A stretch of DNA of 64,000 nucleotides from the human T2T-CHM13v2.0 reference genome, Homo sapiens. Below the pieces are notes generated by a model. It saw only the letters and a program-made list of their open reading frames with translations, made no database searches and was not told the DNA's origin. This document shows, in pieces, positions 13,686 to 28,781 of the stretch. Each line of letters opens with the position of its first letter. The stretch's first letter is position 1. The translations under genes were made by a program, and so were the position numbers. The stretch lies in assembly GCF_009914755.1 (NCBI RefSeq), contig NC_060947.1; one strand, 5' to 3'.

Positions 13686-13904
13686 TTAACCAATCCCGCA
13701 ATTCTGTCCTGTCCTTAAGAGTCTATATCTTTTTATTCTTTTAAATATTCCTTGTGGTAGTTACTTCCTGATTCGTAAAATAATGTTATATTATTGTTTT
13801 TTGTTTCAGCAATTTTAGACATTATCTAGTCATTTTACATTATGATAGATCCATTCATTATTACTATTCACTCATTAATCCATTCATTCAACAAATATTT
13901 TTCT

Positions 13905-14770
13905 GGGTGAACACAAATTTTTATTTCACCTGAGTAAATAGCTAGAGGTGGGATTGCTGGGCCATATAGTCAGTGTATGTTTAACTTTGTAAGAAACTGA
14001 CAAACTAATTTGCAAAGGATATGTGCCATTTTGCGTTCTCATCAGCAATATATAAGAATTCCAGTTGCTCTGCCTCCTCACCAGGTATTGTCAACATTAT
14101 CAACTTTAGGCATTCAAATAGGTGTGTTGTGATATCTCATTATGGTATACATTTTCATAGCTCCAATGACTAATGATGTTGAGCATGTTTTTAATGTGCT
14201 TATAGACATCTCTAAATAATTTTTGGTGAAATGTCTATTCAAGTATTTTGCCCATTTAAAAAACCTTATTATCTTATTAATTTTATTATTGTTGAGTTTT
14301 AAGAGTTTATTGTATATTCTAGAAACAATTTATTTGTCAGATGTGTGGTTTTCAAATATTTTCTCCCAGTCTGTGACTTGTCTTTTCAGTCTCTTAATGG
14401 TATCTTTTGCAGAGGAAAAGTTTATAATTTTAATGAAGTCCTATTTATTATTTTTTTCTTGTATTGATAATGCTTTTGCTGTTGTATTTTAAAACTAATT
14501 GCTAAACCCAAGGTCACAAAGACTTCTCCTATGTTTTATTTTAAAAGTTTTTATAGCTTTATGTTTCATATTTAGGTTTATGATCTATTTTGAGTTAATT
14601 GTTGTATAAGGTGTGAGCTTCAGATGTAGGTTAATTTTTTTTTGCAAATGCATGCATACGGTTCCTTTCGCCATTTAGTTTTTCTGGGGCCCAAAATTAA
14701 TTTGTCATATTTGTGTGCGTCTATTTCTGGACTCTGCATTTTGTTCTGTGTGTTCTATATGTTTGAACTA
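13905..14770 (-). mobile_element. Old L1M (MB/MD/ME) ORF2 3' region
   Basis: ggtgggattgctgggccatat...atctcattatgg...ttttctcccagtctgtgacttgtctttt. Confidence 0.75.
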
Positions 14771-15021
14771 TATGTTTCTTTTTTTTTTGAGGTAACAAAT
14801 ATTACCCCTGCTACCCTTGTGTATCCATCTAGAGATATTCTTTGTATATGTAACTATATATGTAAGTATATTTGTTATTCTTTTTGAGCTTACTGAAATA
14901 GTCACATAATTTAAACACAATTTTGCACTTTGCCTTTTAAAAACTGATACACTCACTATAATCAGGTTTTCTACAACTTGCTGCAAAAAATAGTCCCATT
15001 TCATCTCATGGGCAAGGTTAT

Positions 15022-15092
15022 ACACACACACACACACACACACGCACACACACACACACAGAATGTGTGTGTGTGTGTGTGTGTGTGTGTGT
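15022..15092. repeat. (CA)n-GAA-(TG)n microsatellite inverted repeat
   Basis: CA tract 15022-15060, gaa, TG tract 15064-15092. Confidence 0.95.
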
Positions 15093-15305
15093 TGAGTGTC
15101 CCTAAAGCAAATGCTCCAAAATCAAAAACTTTTTGAGCACTGACATGATGCTCAAAGGAAATGCTCATTGGACTATCTTGGATTTTGGATTTTGGGATTA
15201 AGAATGTTCAACCAATAAGTATAATGCAAATATTCCCAAATCTGAAAATATCCCAAATCCCAAACACTTCTGCTTCCAAGCATTTTGGATAAAGGATACT
15301 CCACC

Positions 15306-15307
<2 letters not shown>
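15091..15307 (+). mobile_element. Tigger4a/MER46A-like MITE
   Basis: gttgagtgtccctaa...aactttttgagcactgacatgatgctcaaaggaaatgctcattgg...ggataaaggatactccacct; followed by ta and a (CA)n tract at 15310-15347. Confidence 0.8.
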
Positions 15308-15344
<37 letters not shown>

Positions 15345-15354
15345 ACAAGCATAT

Positions 15355-15680
15355 CCAACCTAATTCTTCTCCCTCTAGTGGTTTCTGGGCTGACGGTTTT
15401 CAGTGTGATTGCAAGGATATTGGATTTCAAGGCTATTCTTAAGCTGAGGAGAGTGGTATGGGAATAAGTTCAGTTAAAATGCCTCAAAGCTCACTCTTTT
15501 ACAGAAACTCAGCCATTTTTCTTGAATAAATACTCCCCAGATTTCTGAAGTCCCTTGGTTAATTTCCAGAGTTCTTAAAATGTTGGTTCTGACAAATTAT
15601 TTTCCAGTGTTCTCATTGCTTCTATGGGGAAAAGAATTTTTGGATATCTTTATTCCACCATTCCTACTGATGTCACTTGG
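15355..15680 (-). mobile_element. Old L1M 5' end fragment
   Basis: cagccattttcttgaataaatactcc...ttaatttccagagttct...ccaccattcctactgatgtcac. Confidence 0.5.
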
Positions 15681-15849
15681 GAGATTTTCATAAAACAGAT
15701 TTTTTCCTGCATATTTTATTCTTTCTAAGTTTGGGTTCCCTTATTTATTTATTTATATTATAAAGAATATATTTATTCTTTCTAAGTTTGGGTTCTCTTA
15801 TTTCTGTTTGGTTTGTTTGCTTGTTTAATTTTGGAGGTCTTTCTCAAAT

Positions 15850-16425
15850 TTATTCATTCATTCAACAAATATTGAGTGTCTAAAATGTGCCAGGTACTTC
15901 ATGTGAACAAAATTAAAACAAAGACCATACTGACACAGAGTTTACATTCTAGAGGAATGGTAATAATATAATGTTAGATGATGTCTGCTGAGTGCTGTGA
16001 AGAAAAATAAGGCAAACTATCCAGAGCAAGAGAGAGATGCAGAGCAAGAGAGAGATGCAGTACAAAGGCACTGACATGAAAAGATATTTGATATAATTGA
16101 ATAGCCAGGAGACTTAGCAAAGGAAAGAGCAGTAAGAAGTGGATTTGGAAAGGAAAGGCCTTTGTGCGCCTGGCAATGGACTTTGGCTTTTATTTTGATC
16201 AAGGCAGGAAACCATTGGAGGCTTTTTATAAAGAAGAGTGACATCTTTTGGGTATGTCTTAAAAGTCTAATTGATGATTCTACTGAGAATAGGCTGTAAG
16301 AGGGTGAGGGTAGAAGATGGGAAACAAGTTAGGAGACTATTGCAACAATCCAGGTGAGAGATAAAGGTGGCCTAGGTGAGGGTGGCGGAAATGGAGGTGA
16401 TGATAAATGGTAGGATTCAAATATC
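15850..16425 (-). mobile_element. L2 3' portion (contains an 18-bp tandem duplication at 16023-16060)
   Basis: ttcattcattcaacaaatattgagtgtctaaaatgtgccagg...gttaggagactattgcaacaatccaggtgagag. Confidence 0.75.
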
Positions 16426-16429
16426 TCAT

Positions 16430-17240
16430 GAACCTTGGCAGTCTGTATGTATTTAAAAGTGAGGCACAGAAACATTTATTGAAAGCCTGTCTGTGGTTGA
16501 AGATTGTTGACTGGTAGTCTACAATGAAGAGTGGTTAGGCAAGGAGCCAGACTTTTCCATTGGGACTTAAATCTCCTATGTAGAAATCTTTTTTGCTCAG
16601 ATAGGTCATTTTTTTCAACAATAATTCTTCCCTATCTTGGAGCATGTTGGAATATAAGCTTGGCTCCTGTCAATTTTAAACCTAGCAAGGGAGAACTTGG
16701 AAGTGGGGGTGGGCTCAGCCTCACAGGTTCAGGAGCAAGTGTTCAAGACATCTCCCTGTTTTAGGCTATAAGACTTACCCCCTGCTCACCAGCATAGCTC
16801 GTGTCTTTTAAACCCTAGACATCTTCATTTAATATAAACTTCATTTAATGTTTCCAGAAATAAAACCTCGTTTCTTGCCTGGATGCTTACTATGAAGGTG
16901 GGAACCTCAGAGAGTATTTAGTTCATGTACAGATATTCAAACAATGTCCTATTTTCAGCTCTGTACTTCGGACCTGCCTTATTGGTGCCTCTCAGGTCTT
17001 AAAGAGCAAATCAACTGGCTATGTTCTGCATCCTCCTCTGCAGGCATTTAAAGTTGTAGCATTCTTCTCTTTGTTCTACTTCCAAAAATTGTTGAAATTT
17101 TTCACCCACTGATGTCTTCTATCCTAATCTTTTGGGTCCTTATATGTTTATGCCTTTTAAAAATTCATTTGCTGTCATTTTGGGAGCACTTGGAAGGGAA
17201 AGGAGATAGATAACGTGCTGTCAACCAGCATCTTTACCCA
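16430..17240 (-). mobile_element. Probable old L1M 5' region
   Basis: Resembles L1M 5' UTR ends (tgtcattttgggagcacttggaaggg...cagcatctttacc); family uncertain. Confidence 0.35.
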
Positions 17241-17464
17241 GTAAGTATACTTCTTTCACACTCCCTATGACCCTCTGAAGATTTGGATTTCCTTTCCCTA
17301 CACTGAGAACCATTGATATATTGGGCATCTATCATCGAATTTTAGGGTTCTACTTTAGAGACAAACAGATATGAGTTCGATTTCCACTTACACTTTTACT
17401 AGTTGTGTGATCATGGAAAAATCACCTAAGTTACTTGGGCCTCAGTTTCTTCATTTTAAAATAA

Positions 17465-17600
17465 TATTACGTTTTATGTGTGTATATGTATATATATATA
17501 TATGTATTAAGTTTTATGTGTGTATATGTCTATATATATGTATTACGTTTTATGTGTGTATATGTGTATATATATATACATATACAGACATATATGTATT
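17465..17600. repeat. TA/TG-rich tandem repeat, about 34-bp unit
   Basis: tatta(c/a)gttttatgtgtgtatatgt..tatatatg repeated 3 times plus a partial copy. Confidence 0.85.
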
Positions 17601-17639
17601 AATTATTCACATCCATTTTAAACATGAAGAAACTGAGGG

Positions 17640-17886
17640 TTCTGGGGATCTGATGTACAGCACAATCATTGTAGTTAATAATACTATATTGTTTGCTTGA
17701 AATTTGGTAAGAGAGCAGATCTTAAATGTTTTTAATACACACACACAGTGGCAACTGTGGTGAATGATGTGTTAGTTTGATTGGGATAGTCATTATACAA
17801 TATATACATATATTAAATCATGTTGTATACCTTGAATCTATACCATTTTTATTTGTCAATTATACCTCAATTGAGTTGGAAAAAAA
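17640..17886 (+). mobile_element. L1MA9/10- or L1MB-like 3' end
   Basis: gatctgatgtacagca...cttgaaatttggtaagagagcagatcttaaatg...gtcaattatacctcaat...ggaaaaaa. Confidence 0.75.
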
Positions 17887-17991
17887 TTGGGGTGATTATT
17901 ATACCACATCAAATTGATGTTATAAATGCTTAATGTGCTAATCTATGTAAACCTCTTAGCACAGACTGATCCATGCTTAATAAATGGTATA

Positions 17992-18461
17992 TATTTCACT
18001 TAGCATAATGACCTCCAGTTTCGTTCATATTGCTGCAAGTGAAAGGCCCAGAAAGACAAACATGGCATGTTCTCACTTATTTGTAGGTTCTAAAAATCAA
18101 AACAATTGAACTCATGGAAATAGAGAGTAGAAGGATGGTTACCAGAGGCTGGGAAGGTTAGTGGGAAGGTTAAGGTGAAGTGGGGATGGTTAATGGGTAC
18201 AAAAAAATAGGACGAATGAATAAGATCTAGTATCTGGTAGAGGAACAGGGTGACTATAGTCAATAATAAATTAATTGTACATTTAAAAATAACTAAAAGA
18301 GTGTAATTGAATTGTTTGTAACACAAATTATAAATACTTGAGAGGATGGATACCCCATTTTATGGGACGCGATTGTTATGCATTGCAGTCCTGTATCAAA
18401 ACATCTCATGTACTCCATAAATTTACACACCCACAAAATTAAAAATTAAAATTAAAAAAAT
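17992..18461 (+). mobile_element. L1MA2/3-like 3' end with a 5' inversion
   Basis: Inverted piece 17992-18043; sense piece cagaaagacaaac...aaaaatcaaaacaattgaactcatgg...cccacaaaattaaaaattaaa. Confidence 0.8.
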
Positions 18462-18659
18462 AAACTTCTTATCTAAACTGATCATTCTGCTGGGAGGGAG
18501 AATAATTTGGTGGGCATGGGGTGTGCTTACATTCCATAAGCTATGATTCCTTAAATTGTATCTGTTGTTTGTAAATAAAAGAAGACCTTTTCAGTAGGAG
18601 GTATGAAGATTGCCTAGTTAATCTTACCACATGATTATGTGTAAACATGAGTAAACACT

Positions 18660-19400
18660 CATCATCTTTATTCATTTGGTCATTCATTCTTTAATTCATT
18701 CATTTAACATTTGTTGAGCTCTTACCATATGTCAGGCACTATGATAGGTGGCTGGGAGACAGCACAGGCAAGACTCAGCAAAGCAGTTAAACAGGGTTCT
18801 CCACTTCAAGTATATAGCAGGCCAGGGGTAGATAGACAAGGAAGGGCGATTTTGAAACAATGTAATTGTGCTATGATGCAACACATGTTGCTGTGATTAA
18901 CTGTTTGATGTCTCTCTTTCACTATAAAAAGACCTCATCTATCTTGTTTATCACTGTTGTCCCGGTGTCTAGCATTGTGCCTGGCACATGAGAGGTCCTC
19001 AATAAAACTTTTTTATTGAAAAAATGATGTGTAATGAAAATCTTTCTTTGATAAGTTTACATAGAAAATATATTTGAAAATTTTACCTTTAATTCTTAAG
19101 AGGAGAGCATTCCTGCAATGTATGTGTGTTCGGTGAGTGAGTGCATGACTGAATATTTGGCAAAGGGTGAGTCAAGGATAAGAGGAAGTACACCACAGTT
19201 CAACAAATATTTCCTGGGTGCCAACTCTGTGCCAGGCATAGTGTAGGGTATGGAGGATACAGAGATGAATAAGACATAGCTTTTGCCCTTAAGGATCTCC
19301 AAGTCTAGCCTGGAGACAGACATGTGAACTGTGAATTACAGTACAGTATGATAAAGGCCATAAATAAAACTCAAATAAGATGTGAATCTTAAGCTTGAGG
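18660..19400. mobile_element. Three L2 3'-end fragments (about 18660-18890 minus, 18895-19025 plus, 19195-19400 minus)
   Basis: cattcatttaacatttgttgagc; gtgcctggcacatg...ctcaataaaa; ttcaacaaatatttcctgggtgccaactctgtgccagg. Confidence 0.65.
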
Positions 19401-20767
19401 GCTTTGGGTAAGGCTAGAGCCATTAAACATGATTCTGAAGACATGTTCCATTTTCTACAATAAGATTCAGTGGGAAAACAATTGCTCAGAGAATCTATTA
19501 TATATTTTTCAGAGAAAGTATGGAAATCTCATTATTGTTAATGGCAATAGAATAGAGAAGAAAATAGAATGAAAAGCAATATCTAAATAAGCTATCATTA
19601 TATATGAAATAGAGTCACTTAGTGGTTAAGTGATTTTTGTTAAGAAGTTATCTTGGCAGTCGCTTTTGGAAAAAGAAGATCAAAAGCATACCAAGAATGC
19701 CAGTTAATGCCATCATTATTTACTTAGTATAAATTTACAGGAAAATATGTTCATGGAAATAAAACATCATCTAAAGAATTGAGTGTGATTTTCATCTTTA
19801 TTGTTGTGTATCACTTTTCCTTTAAAAAGCAAACAAACTATTTATAACTTTACTATAGGAAACAGTGACTGAGTTGATAAAGAAGGTATACTAGGTAAGA
19901 AAAATAAGTAACAATGGCTTAGAAGTCACCACTCCATCCAAACAACAAGTAGAAAACTGAAAAAACTGAAAAATCAATACATCTTCTTAGATCCTTCAGA
20001 GAAGTGAGGTCTTAGGGCCAACCACTGCCACAAAAGTAGAACAGACAAGCAGATACAGAGAATCATAACTTACCAGAGCAGAAATCCCAAAGGAGAAATC
20101 TCCCCATAAACTAGTTCTGGGGTAGGAAAGCCTTAATCGTAATTGAAAAATTGTTGGAGGCTCAGTGTGGACAACTCTCAGAGTTAAAAACTCCAGGGGG
20201 ATCAAGTCATAGGGAGACCTATATTTTGTAAATTTTACCTCCAAGAGTTCTACATGTCCTCACAGTGAATATTGGAGAAAAATCTCCTTGTTCTTCCAGC
20301 AGGCGTTAGGGGGAAAGAAACCATTTTGAGATACAGCAGAGCATTCTGTTCTTCACAAGTCCAGCCCTCAGAAGAAACTATTTTTACCAATCTAAACTGC
20401 TGGGGTTATATCAAAGCCTAACCCACCTGGGGGAAGGGAAATAACCAGCTCCAGCTCCAGCTCCCTGTAGCTTTCCTCATGAGAAAAAAGAAATACCCGA
20501 CTCCAGACCCCTCCAGCCATCTTTCCCCGCCTAAGAGTTGCTGGGGGATGGTGGAGGGGGGAGGCATGACTGAAAAACAGTGGTGAAGTTCACAGTCCAG
20601 GGGCACAGGCACACCAAAAGACTGAGACCTAATCATAGGATTATAGAATGCTTTCTCTCCTCCCGCACCTTAACACCACATTACTAAAGGCCTGTTTACT
20701 GCTGTTGCTTTTAGCCAGTACATCACGTCCACCTTTCACCAAAAAATTACAAGGCATACTCAAAGGC

Positions 20768-20812
20768 AAAACAAAAACAAAAACAAAAACAAAAACAAAA
20801 ACAAAAACAAAA
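20768..20812. repeat. (CAAAAA)n microsatellite
   Basis: Visible in the sequence; gives KTKTKT in ORF 20648..21100. Confidence 0.9.
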
Positions 20813-21741
20813 CCACAGTTTGAAGAGATTGAACCAACATCAGAACCAGGGTCAGATATGGCTAGAATGTTGGAATTATCAGATCAGGAATTTAAAAAAT
20901 TAGACAACATGAAAGAACAGATGGATAATGTAAGCAGAGAGCTAGAAATTCTAAGAAGAAATTTAAAAATACTCAAGGTCAAAAGCATTGTAACAGAAAT
21001 AAAGAATGCCTTTGATGGGATCATCACTAGACTGGACACAGTGAGGAAAGAATTTGCACTTGAGGACGTGGTAATAGAAACTTCCAAAACAGAACAATGA
21101 CTGGGAAAAAAAGAGTACAAATATCTAAAAAATGTGAGACAATTACAAAAGGTATAATATTCATAATAGAATACCAGAATGAGAAGAAAAAGACAAAGGA
21201 ACAGAAGAAATGTTAGAAGCAGTAATGACTAAACAAAACAAAATAAAACAAGTCTACACCTAGGCATATCGTTTTCAAATTGCAGAAAATCAAAGATAAA
21301 ACAAAAATCTTGAATGAAGCCAGAGAAACCACCTTATCTCTAGAGAAGCAAAGATAATAATTACATCTGGCTTTTCCTCAGAAACCAGTGAAGCAAGAAC
21401 AAGGTAAAATAAAATTAAACATTTAAAGTGTTGAGAAAAAAAGACTCACCAACCTAGAATTATTTGCCTTACCAAAGTATCCTTCAAAAGTGGAGAATAA
21501 ATACTTTCTCAGAAAAATAAAAATTGAGGGAATTTATGTCAGTAGACCTGTCTTGCAAGAAATGTTATAAGTTATTTGGAGAGATGCAAAATGATATAGA
21601 TCAGAAATGCAGGTCAATATAAAGAAATGAAGAGCATCAGAGAAGGAATAAGTGAAAGTAAAATAAAATGTTTTATTTTTCTTATTCTTAGTTGATCTGA
21701 CAACAGTTTATTCAACATAATAATAGCAACAATGTATTTGG

Positions 21742-21743
<2 letters not shown>

Positions 21744-21776
<33 letters not shown>
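21744..21776. repeat. (TG)n microsatellite
   Basis: Visible in the sequence. Confidence 0.95.
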
Positions 21777-21777
<1 letters not shown>

Positions 21778-22227
21778 ATTTGCTAGGTATGTTTATATGT
21801 AAGGGAAATGAATGACAGCAATGAAACAAGGTACAGGAGGGGATAGTTAAAAACATTTTGTTATTGTAAGGTACTTGCCATATCCATGATACCCATTTGG
21901 GTGACAGATACTATAAAGTGGTATGCTGTTATTTGAAAATGGATTTGGATTAGCTGCAAATATATATTGCAAATTCTAGGGTAACCACCAAAAATAGTTT
22001 AAAAATTATAAAACATATGTTAAGAAGGGAGAGAAAGTGGAATGATATCAAATGCTCAATTAAAACCACAAGAGGCAGGAAAAGTATGAAAGACAAAAAT
22101 AGGAAAAATAAACAAAGGCAAGAAGTAGAAAACTATAGTAAATATGGTAAATATTATAATAATCCAACTATATCAATAATCACTTTAAATGTCAATGGTC
22201 TAAATACACCAATTAAAACAGATTTCT

Positions 22228-22525
<298 letters not shown>

Positions 22526-22535
22526 GACGGATTTC

Positions 22536-22796
22536 ACAGAAAGACAAATACCACATGTTCTCACTTATAAGTGGGAGCTAAATAATATATACACATGGAT
22601 GTAGCATGTGGAATGACAGACAATGGAGATTTGGAAAGGTGAGGGGGTGAGAGGTGGGTGGGTGATGAGAAATTATTTAATGAGTACAATATACATTATT
22701 TGGGTGATGGATACCCTGTAAACTCTAACTTCACCAATAAGCAATCTATGCATGTAACAAAATTGCACTTGTACGCCATAAATGTATACAAATAAA
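22536..22796 (+). mobile_element. L1PB4-like 3' end
   Basis: gttctcacttataagtgggagctaaat...gatgagaaattatttaatgagtacaat...aaattgcacttgtac..cataaatgtatacaaataaaa. Confidence 0.75.
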
Positions 22797-22804
22797 AGAG
22801 TTTG

Positions 22805-23320
22805 TCAGAGTGGATTAAAAAAATCTATGTGTTGTCTACAAAAAAACCACTTAAAATATAAAAACAGGAGGGTGGAGCCAAGACGGCCGAATAGCAACAG
22901 CTCCAGTCTACAGCTCCCAGCGTGAGCGATGCAGAAGATGGGTGATTTCTGCATTTCCAACTGAGGTACTGGGTTCATCTCACTGGGGAGTGTCGGAAAG
23001 CGGGTGCAGGACAGTGGGTGCAGCGCACCAAGCGTGAGCCGAAGCAGGGCGAGGCATCGCCTCACCCGGGAAGCATAAGAGGTCAGGGAATTCCCTTTCC
23101 TAGTCAAAGAAAGGGGTGACAGATGGCACCTGGAAAATCGGGTCACTCCCACCCTAATACTGCACTTTTCCAACAGTCTTAGCAAACAGCACACCAGGAG
23201 ATTATATCCTGTGCCTGGCTCAGAGGGTCCTATGCCCACGGAGCCTCGATCATTGCTAGCACAGCACTCTGAGATCAAACCACAAGGCACCAGCGAGGCT
23301 GGGGGAGGGGCGCCCGCCAT
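22805..23320 (-). CDS. L1 antisense ORF0-like frame, extended to 171 aa (translation unproven)
   Basis: MAGAPPPASL...GPSEPG...RVGVTRFSRC starts at M44 of ORF 22805..23449; start context gcaATGg. Confidence 0.45.
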   Translation of the reverse strand: MAGAPPPASLVPCGLISECCASNDRGSVGIGPSEPGTGYNLLVCCLLRLLEKCSIRVGVTRFSRCHLSPLSLTRKGNSLTSYASRVRRCLALLRLTLGALHPLSCTRFPTLPSEMNPVPQLEMQKSPIFCIAHAGSCRLELLLFGRLGSTLLFLYFKWFFCRQHIDFFNPL

Positions 23321-23899
23321 TGCCGAGGCTTGAGTAGGTAAACAAACCGGCTGGGAAGCTTGAACTGGGTGGAGCCCACTGCAACTCAAGGAGGCCTGCC
23401 TGTCTGCCTCTGTAGACTCCACCTCTGGGGGCAGGGCATAGCCAAACAAAAGGCAGCAGAAACTTCTGCAGACTTAAATGTCCCTGTCTGAAAGCTTGGA
23501 AGAGAGTAGTGGTTCTCCCAGCACGCAGCTGGAGATCTGAGAACAGACAGATTGCCTCCTCAAGTGGGTCCCTGACTCCCGAGTAGCCTAACTGGGAGGC
23601 ACCCCACAGTAGGGTCAGACTGACACCTCACATGGCTGGGTACTACTCTGAGACAAAACTTCCAGAGGAACAATCAGGCAGCAACACTTGCTGTTCACCA
23701 ATATCCCCTGTTCTGCAGCCTCTGCTGCTGATACCCAGGCAAACAGGGTCTGGAGTGGACGTCCAGCAAACTCCAACAGACCTGTAGCTGAGGGTCCTGA
23801 CTGTTAGAAGGAAAACGAACAAACAGAAAGGACATCCACACCAAAACCCCATCTGTACGTCACCATCATCAAAGACCAAAGGTAGATAAAACCACAAAG
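22867..23899 (+). promoter_or_regulatory. L1 5' UTR with internal sense and antisense promoter
   Basis: CpG-richer 5' UTR upstream of the ORF1 ATG; YY1 core mutated (caagaCggcc); retains the about 129-bp segment (about 23642-23771) that younger L1s lost. Confidence 0.8.
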
Positions 23900-24916
23900 A
23901 TGGGGAAAAAACAGAGTAGAAAAACTGGAAACTCTAAAAATCAGAGCGCCTCTCCTCCTCCAAAGGAACGCAGCTCCTCACCAGCAACGGAACAAAGCTG
24001 GACGGAGAATGACTTTGACGAGTTGAGAGAAGAAGGCTTCAGATGATCAAACTACTCCGAGCTAAAGGAGGAAGTTCGAACCCATGGCAAAGAAGTTAAA
24101 AACCTTGAAAAAAAATTAGACGAATGGCTAACTAGAATAACCAATGCAGAGAAGTCCTTTAAGGACCTGATGGAGCTGAAAACCATGGCATGAGAACTAC
24201 GTGACGAATGCAGAAGCCTCCGTAGCCGATGCGATCAACTGGAAGAAAGGTTATCAGTGACAGAAGATCAAATGAATGAAATGGAGCGAGAAGAGAAGTT
24301 TAAAGAAAAAAGAATAAAAAGAAACGAACAAAGCCTCCAAGAAATATGGGACTGTGTGAAAAGACCAAATCTATCTCTGATTGGTGTACCTGAAAGTGAC
24401 GGGTAGAATGGAACCAAGTTGGAAAACACTCTGCAGGATATTATCCAGGAGAATTTCCCCAATCTAGCAAGGCAGGCCAAGATTCAAATTCAGGAAATAC
24501 AGAGAATGCCACAAAGATACTCCTCGAGAAGAGCAACTCCAAGACACATAATTGTCAAATTCACCAAAGTTGAAATGAAGGAAAAAGTGTTAAGGGCAGC
24601 CAGAGAGAAAGGTCGGGTTACCCAAAAAGGGAAGCCCATCAGACTAACAGCTCATCTCTCAGCAGAAACTCTACAAGCCAGAAGAGAGTGGGGGCCAATA
24701 TTCAACATTCTTAAAGAAAAGAATTTTCAACCCAGAATTTCATATCCAGCCAAACTAAGCTTCATAAGAGAAGGAGAAATAAAATACTTTACAGACAAGC
24801 AAATGCTGAGAGATTTTGTCACCACCAGACCTGCCCTAAAAGAGCTCCTGAAGGAAGCATTAAACATGGAAAGGAAAAACCGGTACCAGCCACTGCAAAA
24901 ACATGCCAAATTGTAG
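23900..24916 (+). pseudogene. L1 ORF1p, disrupted by premature stops
   Basis: atggggaaaaaacag at 23900; in-frame stops upstream of the intact C-terminal part 24419..24916 (ending RYQPLQKHAKL). Confidence 0.9.
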
Positions 24917-24964
24917 AGACCATTGAGGCTAGGAAGAAACTGCATCAACTAACAAGCAAAATAA

Positions 24965-28781
<3,817 letters not shown>

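Larger units (their letters stand above)
17355..17988 (+). mobile_element. MIR split by an AT-rich repeat and an L1MA/MB 3' end
   Basis: gagttcgatttcc...gcctcagtttcttcattttaaaat; resumes ttggggtgattatt...gtaaacctcttagcacag...ttaataaatgg. Confidence 0.65.

Noticed and set aside
20648-21100. 150-aa coiled-coil ORF with a KT repeat
   Set aside because: It is an L1MC ORF1 remnant plus a (CAAAAA)n microsatellite.
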